Of a stretch of DNA of 39,370 nucleotides, positions 26,085-35,147 are shown in pieces. The stretch lies in the UHGV virus genome UHGV-0386856. One strand, written 5' to 3'. How positions within the stretch are numbered: position 1 is the stretch's first letter; each line of letters begins with the position of its first letter. Source of the DNA: a virus. The translations under genes and the position numbers were made by a program. The notes beneath the pieces were generated by a model. The model had not been told where the DNA came from and made no database searches. It saw only the letters and a program-made list of their open reading frames with translations.

Positions 26085-27414
26085 CTGCCGCACCTCCGAA
26101 CATCCGCTTCTCTACGATTGTTTCCTGCTTCTTTTCTTCCTCTTTCTCCATTCGATCTATTTCCTCAGTAACGTCCTTAACGATCGAGAGGACCTGCAGC
26201 TGCGTTTCCTTGGACACGATACTTTCAAGCGCCTGTGCTGTCTGCGCTTCCTCCAAGAGATTCTTCGGGATATTCCTACTCATTGTAAAATCAATATCTT
26301 TCCATGCGTCCCGATCTGACACATTCGTTGCAAGAGAGCAAAACAGTTTATACCGTTTCCTCATGGACTTTTCAGCTTTGCGGTCGAATGTCAACGCAAG
26401 ATTGCTCATAGACTGCAGTTTATACGCAAGGGAAGTTCCAGAAGCATTTCCAAAAGATTCATCACTGATGTTCGCTACCATACTTGTCTGATAAATCAAA
26501 TCCTCAAGCCGATTCAAGAGATTTTCCTGCGTTCCGTCTGCCGTAGGTTTGCCAAGAAACTGCACGATAATATCCTTTGCGTTTTCCGTACCGTAAAGAT
26601 TTATAATTCGATTGTCCCTGATTTTATAAATACCGTCATCATCCAATTCTGCACCCAGCACTGCAAGATACGCTTCTGCGAAAGAATCTACATCGTTCGC
26701 TTTTTCTCCGATCACTCGGTTGTATGTTTCTACCATGCCGGCAACTTCTTCATACAGACCGATTCTCTCATCGTTCAACACGTATTCCACGCAGTTAATA
26801 CGCCCGTAAGGATTCGGTATACTCTCCTGCATCTTTTCTCCATCAAATGGGATTATTTCTGTCCTTGTGAGTATCTCACCATACCTTGTAACATTATCGT
26901 CCTTTTTTCCATATCTCACAGCAAATAGAGCGCGGCTCTTTACGGTATCATCGTAGACAACAAACAGTTCTTTTGGATTGCAGACTACTGTCTTTGTCTT
27001 TGCTTCTTCATCCTGGTAAAAATACTCGAATGCATGTCCGTAAATGCAGCACTTCTTCGCCAGCTCGTACTCCTGATCTGAGATATCATTATCCCGGTCA
27101 AATTCAAGGATCGCATCTTTTATTTTTTCGTCCGGATGTGATTTTTTAACCGGAATCCCATAAGCATATCCCAAAAAGGTCTCTGTGATATACCTTGGGA
27201 AATTCACTGCCAGTCGATTATCCGGCTTCCATGACTCCTTTTCCGGGAGACGGAATACATCGTGAAATCCTTTGTATAGATTCTCAAGGTATCTGTACCT
27301 TGGCATTCGCTCTTCATGCTTTCTGATGTATTCGTCTATCAATGTCATATTGATTTCTTTATCAGCGGAACATAAAAGCGGTTCCGGCAGTTTGTATGGT
27401 CTTTTCCCATTCAT
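26056..27414 (-). CDS. Portal protein (SPP1 gp6-like)
   Basis: Size (452 aa), position after TerL, acidic C-terminus, YLAVLGAELDD-type region. Confidence 0.8.
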   Translation of the reverse strand: MNGKRPYKLPEPLLCSADKEINMTLIDEYIRKHEERMPRYRYLENLYKGFHDVFRLPEKESWKPDNRLAVNFPRYITETFLGYAYGIPVKKSHPDEKIKDAILEFDRDNDISDQEYELAKKCCIYGHAFEYFYQDEEAKTKTVVCNPKELFVVYDDTVKSRALFAVRYGKKDDNVTRYGEILTRTEIIPFDGEKMQESIPNPYGRINCVEYVLNDERIGLYEEVAGMVETYNRVIGEKANDVDSFAEAYLAVLGAELDDDGIYKIRDNRIINLYGTENAKDIIVQFLGKPTADGTQENLLNRLEDLIYQTSMVANISDESFGNASGTSLAYKLQSMSNLALTFDRKAEKSMRKRYKLFCSLATNVSDRDAWKDIDFTMSRNIPKNLLEEAQTAQALESIVSKETQLQVLSIVKDVTEEIDRMEKEEEKKQETIVEKRMFGGAADEQQDVLEE

Positions 27415-27415
27415 T

Positions 27416-28684
27416 TTATATTCCTCCTCTAAAGGTCTTTAACTTCACTTTGCCTTTTCTCTCCTGCTCAATAGAATATCTGAGCATTGCCATTGCATCA
27501 TCAAAGAAATTCACTGGCTCATCTGTGAAGGTGTTCGTCTTCTCATCTTTTCGCCATTTCCATTGCTGGATCTCCTTAATCGTATTTACGCAAGACGGAT
27601 GTATATGGATTGTATGCTGCTTTAAGTAATCAATCTGCGCTTTTACACTGTTTGGCTCTTTCTTAACCGGACATGCTCTGTATCCTGCTTTCTGCCACAT
27701 CTTAATCCTGTCTGGCTCAGCAGAATCGCAATACATGGTAATTCGCTTCTGGAATTTTCCCTCGGCCAGCTGTATGATCTCTGATGTATCTTTTTCAAAT
27801 ACATACAATTCCCGACATAAGTAGATATCTCCATCTTTGAACCCAACCTCTCCGATACAGTTCGCATGGTTGAATCCAAAATCCTGTGAATTTACCATGT
27901 AATCAAATCGATCAGAAGATGTGTTGAATTCCTCAACCACATAATTTGTAAGAATCAGACCGCCAGTTTCTCCCCATTCACCGAGTCCATAAATCCGATA
28001 TCCGTCCGGATCCCGTTCTTTACGCATCATCATGCGCCGGTGATACGCTTCATCTATGAACCGGTTCTGCAGGTATGTAGACTGGTGTGTGTATACATCA
28101 TCACTCTTAATGTCAAAATACTTTGCCTTCAGCCAGTGCGTTGCTGACACTGGGTTGAAGCTGAATGTGATCTGGTAATACAAAAATGGATTGAATGACA
28201 AGTCACCTCTGAGTCGGTCATCGAGAATATCGACATCCGCTTCGTAAAGCTCCGTTGCTTCTTCAATCCATATCCATGTTAATTTTCCGACATCAAATGT
28301 GATAGACTTTACTTTTTCTCGCTGTCCATCATCTTTCATTCCTCGGAAAATCACTTTATTTCCTGTCACTTTCGAGATCAGCTCCATTGGATTACTTCTG
28401 ATCTGCCAGAATAATCCTGCTTTATCCCCGTATATTTTATATATTGCACTCTTTAGCTCCGCATAAGTACTATCTTTGTTTGTTGTGTCTACTTTCCGGA
28501 CGCACAGAAGATTCGCACCTTTGTACTTCGGATCACCAAGTTTGATGATAAAATTCTGTGCAATGTTTACTGACTTCCCAGAACCGGCAGAGCCTTTTGC
28601 CAATCGGTATCGTTTCTTGCACTCATTGAACTCTTTGAAATTTCTGTTAAATCCAACATTAACTTCTTTCATCCTCATCACCAT
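27416..28684 (-). CDS. terL: Terminase large subunit (PBSX/Terminase_3-like)
   Basis: Walker A GSAGSGKS; nuclease-type C-terminus; follows TerS. Confidence 0.85.
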   Translation of the reverse strand: MVMRMKEVNVGFNRNFKEFNECKKRYRLAKGSAGSGKSVNIAQNFIIKLGDPKYKGANLLCVRKVDTTNKDSTYAELKSAIYKIYGDKAGLFWQIRSNPMELISKVTGNKVIFRGMKDDGQREKVKSITFDVGKLTWIWIEEATELYEADVDILDDRLRGDLSFNPFLYYQITFSFNPVSATHWLKAKYFDIKSDDVYTHQSTYLQNRFIDEAYHRRMMMRKERDPDGYRIYGLGEWGETGGLILTNYVVEEFNTSSDRFDYMVNSQDFGFNHANCIGEVGFKDGDIYLCRELYVFEKDTSEIIQLAEGKFQKRITMYCDSAEPDRIKMWQKAGYRACPVKKEPNSVKAQIDYLKQHTIHIHPSCVNTIKEIQQWKWRKDEKTNTFTDEPVNFFDDAMAMLRYSIEQERKGKVKLKTFRGGI

Positions 28685-29228
28685 AGTCTACCACAATCTT
28701 CATGTCCATATCTCCTGCTACATCCAGCTTGTCATTCCACATACCTAAATGCCTGCCGAGAAGCTCGAGCGCCTTTACCTTGTCGCAGGGCTTCTGTTCC
28801 AATCCATCGCGCCCCTTTTTAATCGTTCCGAGGGCTCGCTGCTGTTCCTCAGTAAGGTTATCTGTAAGCTCCAATTCTACGGTCCGATACAGAATCGGTT
28901 CTCCGTCTTCTCCTACGAGCGGAATAATATTTCCACCTACTTCTGCTGTAGCCTGTTTCTCAACTACTTTCGCGTAGTCTGAAGCCTTGGAAAAAGCAAT
29001 GGCAGCCAGTTCATTTAAAACTCGATCCTGCGTGATCTCCGTCCGCTTCTGCCGCTCTTCCATTCTTTCGGTAATATATTCTGCAACCTTAGCATTTCTT
29101 AGTAACTTACTTCCATTTACTGCTGCTGACTCTTCTTTCTTTACGCTTGGATATGCGACGCGGTAAGCCCGTGTGGCATTTAGATCAATCAAGTACTCAT
29201 CTGCAAATATTTTCTGTTTTTCTGTCAT
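28659..29228 (-). CDS. terS: Terminase small subunit (Terminase_2/P27-like)
   Basis: MTEKQKIFADEYLIDLNATRAYRVAY motif; ATG at 29228 with RBS AAGGTGGTGA. Confidence 0.75.
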   Translation of the reverse strand: MTEKQKIFADEYLIDLNATRAYRVAYPSVKKEESAAVNGSKLLRNAKVAEYITERMEERQKRTEITQDRVLNELAAIAFSKASDYAKVVEKQATAEVGGNIIPLVGEDGEPILYRTVELELTDNLTEEQQRALGTIKKGRDGLEQKPCDKVKALELLGRHLGMWNDKLDVAGDMDMKIVVDYGDEDERS

Positions 29229-29275
29229 AGGACTCACCACCTTCCAAATTTCTACCATAAAAAAGAGACATCTAA

Positions 29276-29509
29276 TCAGATGCCTTTTCTCTTTCTATAT
29301 TCTTCAATTTCTTTTTTCTCTTTTTCCTGATCTTCTCTCCACATTTTTATAAGTTCTTTGTCGCTAATATTTTTTTCATCATGGAAATTTCTTAGCATAC
29401 GCTTATGGTATTTTCGCCGTATATTTCTAAGTTCTTCATCTTTAATTCTTTCGATTTCTCGACTGGTCAAATCATCTTTGTACTGTTCTTCTTCTGTTAA
29501 CCATTCCAT
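29276..29509 (-). CDS. Small basic/acidic coiled-coil protein (77 aa) upstream of terS
   Basis: RBS AGGAGGATATGATTTAATG. Confidence 0.6.
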   Translation of the reverse strand: MEWLTEEEQYKDDLTSREIERIKDEELRNIRRKYHKRMLRNFHDEKNISDKELIKMWREDQEKEKKEIEEYRKRKGI

Positions 29510-29580
29510 TAAATCATATCCTCCTGTATTTTATATCATATATGCTACCGCAATATACGTTTATTTGCAATGCAATATTT

Positions 29581-29680
29581 AGGACTACTGCTATGAAAGA
29601 ATTATAACAGCAACAAAACCAAAATAACCAAGTACACAATCAAAATTTATAAGAAAAAGGAGGAACCTTGCAGTAGTCCA
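29581..29680. repeat. Long-range inverted repeat GGACTACTGC ... GCAGTAGTCC (arms about 78 nt apart) abutting the tRNA-Asn 3-prime end
   Basis: Arms 29581..29591 and 29670..29680, 10/11 complementary. Confidence 0.5.
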
Positions 29681-29683
29681 CAA

Positions 29684-29756
29684 CGGGTATAGCAGGACTC
29701 GAACCTGCGACACATCGGTTAACAGCCGATTGCTCTGCCAACTGAGCTATACACCC
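29684..29756 (-). tRNA. tRNA-Asn (anticodon GTT), 73 nt, no encoded CCA
   Basis: Minus strand GGGTGTATAGCTCAGTTGGCAGAGCAATCGGCTGTTAACCGATGTGTCGCAGGTTCGAGTCCTGCTATACCCG: 7-bp acceptor stem, D arm GCTC/GAGC, anticodon loop CTGTTAA, T arm GCAGG-TTCGAGT-CCTGC. Confidence 0.85.
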
Positions 29757-29940
29757 GTAGGATGCCTTTTATTGACATCCTTTACCCTATCCGCACTCGG
29801 GTACGCTGATTACACTAAATATAGATTGCTGAATCTATTTTTGTTTGTTTTGCAGATCTGCGGATATCTGCGTTTTGTGATATCACTCGTAGCACTTCCG
29901 CAACATTCCGGAATTAAAATTTACTGCGATATGCTACGAA

Positions 29941-29988
29941 GCCGTGTACAGGAGTCGAACCTGTCTGCCCTACATTTGCCACGGCATA
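29941..29988 (-). ncRNA. tRNA-like minihelix/fragment: acceptor stem (GCCGTG / CACGGC) plus T arm (ACAGG-TTCGACT-CCTGT) without D or anticodon arms
   Basis: Minus strand GCCGTGGCAAATGTAGGGCAGACAGGTTCGACTCCTGTACACGGCT; canonical T-loop TTCGA. Confidence 0.35.
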
Positions 29989-29990
29989 AG

Positions 29991-30031
29991 AAAAAGCACC
30001 ACCACATAAGTGACAGTGCTTTTTATCTTTT
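29991..30031. terminator. Bidirectional terminator-like hairpin AAAAAGCAC...GTGCTTTTT followed by ATCTTTTTT (plus); A/T runs on both sides
   Basis: 9-bp stem 29991..29999 / 30016..30024; downstream of the ArpU-like gene on the minus strand. Confidence 0.45.
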
Positions 30032-30085
30032 TTCACTCTCTCAGTATACCAGTCAAGACACTGTATGTCAATAGTTTTATAACCT

Positions 30086-30481
30086 TTAGAATACATTGTT
30101 CCAGTGCACTTTTAACATACTGTAGCACTGCTTATACGGCACTCCAACTTCTGCGGAAATTTCGTATTCATCCATCCCGTTTATATATTTCAATTCCATT
30201 ACCATGCGTAGAATATTGTCCGGTAACTGATTTATGTATTTTCTCGCCTCTTTGATGAGTAATTCGTTTTCGAAGTATAGCGCGCGATATTCTGTCTCAA
30301 TATCCACACTGTCATCAATATCACTCATGCTGTCATCTATTCCACCTTTTCCAGACGGCATCCCGCTCATATTTATCTCAGATGACATTGCCGCGTATCT
30401 ATGTGCTTTATATAATTCAGTTAGTCGCTCCATCTGGAGGTTGTTTTTGTGTATTTGTTTCATGCGTGCTTCCGTCATCAT
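30086..30481 (-). CDS. Late-gene transcriptional activator, ArpU/RinA-like (sigma-70 region-4-like HTH at C-terminus)
   Basis: Size (131 aa), C-terminal HTH ELKYINGMDEYEISAEVGVPYKQCY, position directly upstream of the packaging module. Confidence 0.55.
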   Translation of the reverse strand: MMTEARMKQIHKNNLQMERLTELYKAHRYAAMSSEINMSGMPSGKGGIDDSMSDIDDSVDIETEYRALYFENELLIKEARKYINQLPDNILRMVMELKYINGMDEYEISAEVGVPYKQCYSMLKVHWNNVF

Positions 30482-30638
30482 TTACTATGTTTCCTTTCAC
30501 GTTTATACCGACTTTCCTAAGAAAATCCATTTCTGTATACCTTTTAAAATCACAGGCAAAGGCTTTATGCTCCTGTTGCTTTAGAGCTGTCTCACAGGGC
30601 TTTTTCGTTGCCATAGTGTATGCTTCTATTTTCTTCAT
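30417..30638 (-). CDS. Hypothetical protein (73 aa) overlapping the ArpU-like start by 65 nt
   Basis: RBS AAAGGAGACAGCGGACATCATG; the C-terminal part may be frame-overlap only. Confidence 0.45.
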   Translation of the reverse strand: MKKIEAYTMATKKPCETALKQQEHKAFACDFKRYTEMDFLRKVGINVKGNIVNDDGSTHETNTQKQPPDGATN

Positions 30639-30674
30639 GATGTCCGCTGTCTCCTTTCTGCATCTAGCTTATTA

Positions 30675-31118
30675 TCACCATTCACTCACCCTCACAGGAA
30701 GTATGATGCCTATTATTTCTCCGTAGCGTGTAAACACGGCATTGTAGTATTCAGAGTTTCCTGGGTGTTTAATAAGATTTGGCGTGCATCCGTCGAACAT
30801 TTTCAAATATTTATTATCAAACCAAGCGTATCCCCCTGTTGTCTCGTCTCTTATTGCTCTCAGAATGCTTTTGCCAGTTGTAAGCATTCTGTTTGACAAC
30901 TTGTCCGCCCTCATTTGGCTCTGAATATTTTCTGTGGAAAAATGTTTCACCCCATCTTCTGGCAATTTCTTCTGCTTATCTATGTCGAGCAAGAAATCTT
31001 CTTTCTTCACAAATACAATATATCTACCTTGCGTAATCATCACTTTTCCGTCTATCTCGCCCATCATATACGATCTTGTCTTCACTGCTTCTATCTGCAC
31101 TTTATCTTCGATTAGCAT
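30675..31118 (-). CDS. Hypothetical phage protein (147 aa)
   Basis: ORF, packed in the early operon. Confidence 0.6.
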   Translation of the reverse strand: MLIEDKVQIEAVKTRSYMMGEIDGKVMITQGRYIVFVKKEDFLLDIDKQKKLPEDGVKHFSTENIQSQMRADKLSNRMLTTGKSILRAIRDETTGGYAWFDNKYLKMFDGCTPNLIKHPGNSEYYNAVFTRYGEIIGIILPVRVSEW

Positions 31119-31155
31119 TTTCTCTTCTCCTTCCTGCGTCTCATGGTTTCCCTGT

Positions 31156-31752
31156 TCATGCCGTCACCTCAATCTCTTCTCCGGTCAGCTCTTCCAACTT
31201 CTGTCGCATTTCTTCCACTGTCATTTTCTTTGGTTCTTTGCGCTCCCAGATGAGTTCAAGGTTGCTTTTAATAAACACATCTTCTATGCGTCTGAGTGAT
31301 TCCGGAGTAATCCTATAGACTTTAACGATATCTCCTTCTGTATAACCTTTACATTTCAAGTCATCGGTATAACAGTTCATTTCATTGTATCCACATTTCC
31401 TCACTACCTCCTCAGCCAATACAAGATACATGTTGCCATCTCTTTGTTCAACTACCATCCCATCTCTCAAATCTGCCTTGGTAAATTCTTTGTCCATGTA
31501 ATCACTCCATTCTAAGATTTTATAATTGTACTTTTCCGCAAAATCACGAGTCGAATATTCTCCGTTTCCGTAATAACACGTTCCTTCGTTGCGCATATAA
31601 TTTGTATTTTTCAAATAACTTTTTCCGTTACACCACTTCATTCCATGTTCATGCATCTGCTTGCAGAAGTCTTTCGCTTCCTCCTCAGTCTTACAGTACA
31701 CCGCAATCTTATTGTATTTATTTTTAAATTCTTTCCATTTAAACTTTTTCAT
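31156..31752 (-). CDS. Hypothetical phage protein (198 aa)
   Basis: ORF. Confidence 0.6.
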   Translation of the reverse strand: MKKFKWKEFKNKYNKIAVYCKTEEEAKDFCKQMHEHGMKWCNGKSYLKNTNYMRNEGTCYYGNGEYSTRDFAEKYNYKILEWSDYMDKEFTKADLRDGMVVEQRDGNMYLVLAEEVVRKCGYNEMNCYTDDLKCKGYTEGDIVKVYRITPESLRRIEDVFIKSNLELIWERKEPKKMTVEEMRQKLEELTGEEIEVTA

Positions 31753-31756
31753 CTTC

Positions 31757-31948
31757 CTACCTCACTATCTTTCGCACAATCCAATCCAAAAACACCACAA
31801 ATAGCAGTATCGGAAATCCCGCAGCCATCAGGTAATCCGCGCCTTCTAGTTTTACATCCTCTTCGATTCCTGTCTTTAGGGCAATCACTGTTCCAAGCCC
31901 CAGGATGTAATACAGGGCTAGGAATGCGATTGTGATTAAAATGTCCAT
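31757..31948 (-). CDS. Small membrane protein (63 aa, two hydrophobic segments)
   Basis: ORF; hydrophobic profile. Confidence 0.55.
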   Translation of the reverse strand: MDILITIAFLALYYILGLGTVIALKTGIEEDVKLEGADYLMAAGFPILLFVVFLDWIVRKIVR

Positions 31949-31949
31949 G

Positions 31950-32471
31950 TTATTCCTCCTTGTATGGTTTTATCTGTTCTTTCGGCATCCACGCTGTCAC
32001 GACATCGTACACCGTTCCCTTATCTGTTCCAAATTCTTTTGCACAGGTGTTTTCCGAATATTGCTCATCATAGAATCTCCATTCTCCTGTTCTGCTCAGA
32101 TATCCATCATACACACTGTATTCTTCCGGATGGTATGTCTGTTCTTCTTCTGGAACCCAGGCCGAATCGTAGTCCGCAATCCATTCGGATGAGTGTACGG
32201 TAACTTTTACCATTTTCCCGACTTCCGGCAATTTCTCACTTACCGGAATCCAACCGTTTTTACTAGGGACATTTGTGTCATTAGCCAACTCTAAATACTT
32301 CTTCATTTTATGAATTGCTTGCACTATCACGCCATCATCGCAATTGCATATACCATCTTCCACGTCAAAGCAAGCACCTTCGCATTGATTAAAGCATTTT
32401 TCATTTTCTTCTATTAGTTCTTTGATCGCTACAATTTCTTTTTCTTCCAAAATCTTCTCTAATACGTTCAT
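31950..32471 (-). CDS. DUF551-like phage protein (173 aa)
   Basis: C-terminal WIPVSEKLPE...VTVHSSEW motif typical of DUF551; N-terminus MNVLEKILEE shared with the next gene. Confidence 0.6.
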   Translation of the reverse strand: MNVLEKILEEKEIVAIKELIEENEKCFNQCEGACFDVEDGICNCDDGVIVQAIHKMKKYLELANDTNVPSKNGWIPVSEKLPEVGKMVKVTVHSSEWIADYDSAWVPEEEQTYHPEEYSVYDGYLSRTGEWRFYDEQYSENTCAKEFGTDKGTVYDVVTAWMPKEQIKPYKEE

Positions 32472-32659
32472 TCCACATTCTCCTTATCCACATACTTCTC
32501 TACGACATCCACTGCGCAAGTCAGCCCATAAATATAGCTTTCCAATTCTTCCGCTGTTTTGCTTGTTCCGTATCTTCGCTTTTCTTCTTTCAAAGTTTCG
32601 TAGGCGTCATTTTTCATGCTTTCGATTTCTTCCACGATTTTCTCTAATACGTTCATCAC
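32468..32659 (-). CDS. Hypothetical small protein (63 aa) sharing N-terminal MNVLEKI-EE with the adjacent gene
   Basis: ATGA overlap; 17-nt exact DNA identity at the two start regions. Confidence 0.55.
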   Translation of the reverse strand: MMNVLEKIVEEIESMKNDAYETLKEEKRRYGTSKTAEELESYIYGLTCAVDVVEKYVDKENVE

Positions 32660-33099
32660 TCCACCTCCAACAGCTCTGGATTGTCAAAAATGTTTCCGAT
32701 AACTTCCGCTCTATTTGGATTCCGATTATATTTAAAAACATCGTTATTGGTGCATTTTTTATTTCCTCGTCCACATACTGCCCATGATCCCCTCCATTCG
32801 CTCCAAAACACAGCACCTACACGATATTTTATCTCTTCGCCATCTTTTAAAAACGGACCTCCATCATAGTCATAACTATATCTGAGAATATCATTCTCCC
32901 AGATCTTCTTATCGTTTTTGTCGGTAAGTCCGGTGTACTGGCATAAAGTACTTGGAGCAATCTCGCATTTTAGTAATATATCTGGTAATTCTTTGCTAAT
33001 TTTGTGTATTTCCACTTTTCCAGAAGGATATGCAACAACATACCCTTCCACCCATTCACCATTGTCTTTTCTCTTTGCTTTGAAAAGAACTTCTCTCAT
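32656..33099 (-). CDS. YopX-family protein
   Basis: LTDKNDKKIWENDIL and overall pattern resemble the YopX phage family; RBS GAGGAGGTGGAATAGATG. Confidence 0.65.
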   Translation of the reverse strand: MREVLFKAKRKDNGEWVEGYVVAYPSGKVEIHKISKELPDILLKCEIAPSTLCQYTGLTDKNDKKIWENDILRYSYDYDGGPFLKDGEEIKYRVGAVFWSEWRGSWAVCGRGNKKCTNNDVFKYNRNPNRAEVIGNIFDNPELLEVE

Positions 33100-33249
33100 C
33101 TATTCCACCTCCTCATATTCCGGACACTCCACACAATACTCATACATGTCCTCATCTGCACACTGTATATTACAAATATCGTTGTCCGGACATTCTATGC
33201 AGCAATAATCGTGTCCGCATATACTTGTTAATTTACATCTTCCCATCAT
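33100..33249 (-). CDS. Unannotated small Cys-rich ORF (49 aa, MMGRCKLTSICGHDYCCIECPDNDICNIQCADEDMYEYCVECPEYEEVE)
   Basis: Fills the 133-nt gap; start overlaps the upstream gene end, stop abuts the YopX ATG; RBS GGAGCGAGGAA. Confidence 0.45.
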   Translation of the reverse strand: MMGRCKLTSICGHDYCCIECPDNDICNIQCADEDMYEYCVECPEYEEVE

Positions 33250-33643
33250 GATATTCCTCGCTCCAATCTAATCTCTGGCCGCACTTCAGACAGCATTCGT
33301 GCTCTTCTGCATGTCCATCAATAAAACATATTGACTCTCTGCAACTTGGGCAAACGAAATAACCTAATTCATAGTCTACTTCTTCTGGCTTTTTCGCCGT
33401 ATCACGCTCTTTCAACTCATGCATCTGATTCATCAACTTCGCACACTGGCTGTCCACAAAATCATTCACCTTGTTATACTGGTTCAAAATATCGCACACA
33501 AACCGTCCCATCTTGCACTCTGCGCATTTATCGTCCAGTTCCATTTCACTTAGCTGACCTGGATACTTACACAGGTTGTCGCAGATATGTTCCATCATTT
33601 CTGTTGTGATCCCGTCCATCCATGTTTCTTCTGTTTTCGCCAT
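33233..33643 (-). CDS. Cys-rich hypothetical protein (136 aa, multiple CxxC pairs)
   Basis: RBS AGGAGGAATGACTAATG; CxxC motifs (CAECK, CPSCR, CLKCG). Confidence 0.6.
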   Translation of the reverse strand: MAKTEETWMDGITTEMMEHICDNLCKYPGQLSEMELDDKCAECKMGRFVCDILNQYNKVNDFVDSQCAKLMNQMHELKERDTAKKPEEVDYELGYFVCPSCRESICFIDGHAEEHECCLKCGQRLDWSEEYHDGKM

Positions 33644-33795
33644 TAGTCATTCCTCCTACACCTCATATCTTTGCAGAAATACAATTCCGTCCCTCTCTTT
33701 GTCTTTACATACTCAAAATCTCCGATAATTTCCCGTCCGCAGGAAGAACAGATATGTACTTCATTTTTCTTCGGATTCTCTTTCTTTTTTTTCAT
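33643..33795 (-). CDS. Unannotated small zinc-ribbon ORF (50 aa, MKKKKENPKKNEVHICSSCGREIIGDFEYVKTKRGTELYFCKDMRCRRND)
   Basis: CxxC...CxxxxC; TAATG overlap with the downstream gene; fills a 155-nt gap. Confidence 0.4.
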   Translation of the reverse strand: MKKKKENPKKNEVHICSSCGREIIGDFEYVKTKRGTELYFCKDMRCRRND

Positions 33796-33798
33796 AGC

Positions 33799-34281
33799 CT
33801 ACTGTAAATACCTCCGCATTAATATCCGGTTTGGATTCGATACCGCCCTGTTGAGTCGGCAACTTGTCCGCACCCAGCCCTCGTGAAACTCCATGTAATT
33901 TGCGATTGTTCCAAAGATATCCTTAACCGAAGTTTCTTGTTTCTTTGACTCAGGCAGCATATCATTGTCTTTTAAAAAGTTTTTGAACGTTTCAATACTT
34001 GCATCTATTCCGCTCTCTTCTCTTATTGCTGCATAGATGTTCTGGATCGTAAGTCCGTATTCGATCATGCACTTAATTTCTCCCTTGTACGGTTCGTATT
34101 GTTTTCTTTTATTTTCCATTTTTCTTAACCACATCCTCTTGTTTGCTATTACCCTCTTTTTCACTTCTTTTCCAGTAATATCCTCAAGTACTCTGCAGAT
34201 ATGCTCATCCGTGCATCCGAGTTTTACCATCTCTTCGATCTGGAACTTGTAGGGATCCAGAAAGTGTCCTGGTCTACTCAT
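33799..34281 (-). CDS. Hypothetical protein with HTH-like segment (160 aa)
   Basis: ORF; ATGA coupling with the upstream small ORF. Confidence 0.6.
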   Translation of the reverse strand: MSRPGHFLDPYKFQIEEMVKLGCTDEHICRVLEDITGKEVKKRVIANKRMWLRKMENKRKQYEPYKGEIKCMIEYGLTIQNIYAAIREESGIDASIETFKNFLKDNDMLPESKKQETSVKDIFGTIANYMEFHEGWVRTSCRLNRAVSNPNRILMRRYLQ

Positions 34282-34406
34282 TTCCCTCTCACCCTATTCT
34301 TTCTCTTCCGCTTTGTGCTGCCGCGCGTAAACGCATCCATATTTCCGTGTCTCAATCCGGTAGGCTGTTTCCTATAGACTCTAAAACCGTATCTTTTTCT
34401 GTTCAT
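34278..34406 (-). CDS. Unannotated small basic ORF (42 aa, MNRKRYGFRVYRKQPTGLRHGNMDAFTRGSTKRKRKNRVRGK)
   Basis: Strong RBS AGGAGGCAAACATG; ATGA overlap with the next gene; fills a 134-nt gap. Confidence 0.5.
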   Translation of the reverse strand: MNRKRYGFRVYRKQPTGLRHGNMDAFTRGSTKRKRKNRVRGK

Positions 34407-34415
34407 GTTTGCCTC

Positions 34416-35147
34416 CTAACTGAAACTTACTTCCGGCTCTTTCTCTGGACATATTTCTCCACCTGCTTCCATTTCGTTTATGATGATTTTCGTTCCCGCT
34501 CTTTGTAATCTCAGCAACAGCATGTCAAATTCCCCAAGGTATCTCAACGACTTAATGTCTACACATCCCAAACTGTCAAGTGTATACTCTTTCTCAAAAT
34601 CCCATTTCGATATCGGAATTTCCATATTCAACTCTTCATCGTGTTCGTTTTCGAAAATGATTACCGCCCTATGCAGGGAGCTCCAAGTAGATCTTTCACA
34701 CTCTTCTATTAGCATCTCGCAACTGACCGATTCGTAGTGTGGTCCATCGTCAAACTCCACTTCCAGACCAGTTGTACTGATCTTCTTTTCGCACATTGCA
34801 ATCCATGCATCAAACAGATCCGTGACTTCCATTTCTTTTTCTTCCTGCTTGATTGATAATTCCTTAAAATTTTCTAGAATCTTTTTATTCTCAATGCAAG
34901 CATCGGAATTTACGATTTCTGTAAGCACCGTATCCAACTTTGGAAGGTATTCCGAAAAATCATACTTCTCTATGTACGGCACCATGACATCGTTTATCTT
35001 TTTCTTCAGTGCCTTTTCCGCATCTCCCCATCTAAACGCTGATTCTATTGCCGATTCTATCGATTCCTTAAATTTCTTTTTGAGTATTTCCTTTACTTCT
35101 TCCTCGGAGAGACACTCCTGTGCCATTTTAAATAATTCTTCTTTCAT
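34416..35147 (-). CDS. Hypothetical protein (243 aa) downstream of the replisome organiser
   Basis: ORF. Confidence 0.6.
   Translation of the reverse strand: MKEELFKMAQECLSEEEVKEILKKKFKESIESAIESAFRWGDAEKALKKKINDVMVPYIEKYDFSEYLPKLDTVLTEIVNSDACIENKKILENFKELSIKQEEKEMEVTDLFDAWIAMCEKKISTTGLEVEFDDGPHYESVSCEMLIEECERSTWSSLHRAVIIFENEHDEELNMEIPISKWDFEKEYTLDSLGCVDIKSLRYLGEFDMLLLRLQRAGTKIIINEMEAGGEICPEKEPEVSFS

Noticed and set aside
29684-29988. tRNA-linked attP for a tyrosine integrase
   Set aside because: The only recombinase is a large serine integrase at 5221..6753, which does not use tRNA 3-prime-end overlap; the tRNA is more likely phage cargo
29914-30096. 60-aa minus-strand ORF
   Set aside because: Spans the tRNA-like minihelix and the terminator hairpin; no RBS; likely non-coding
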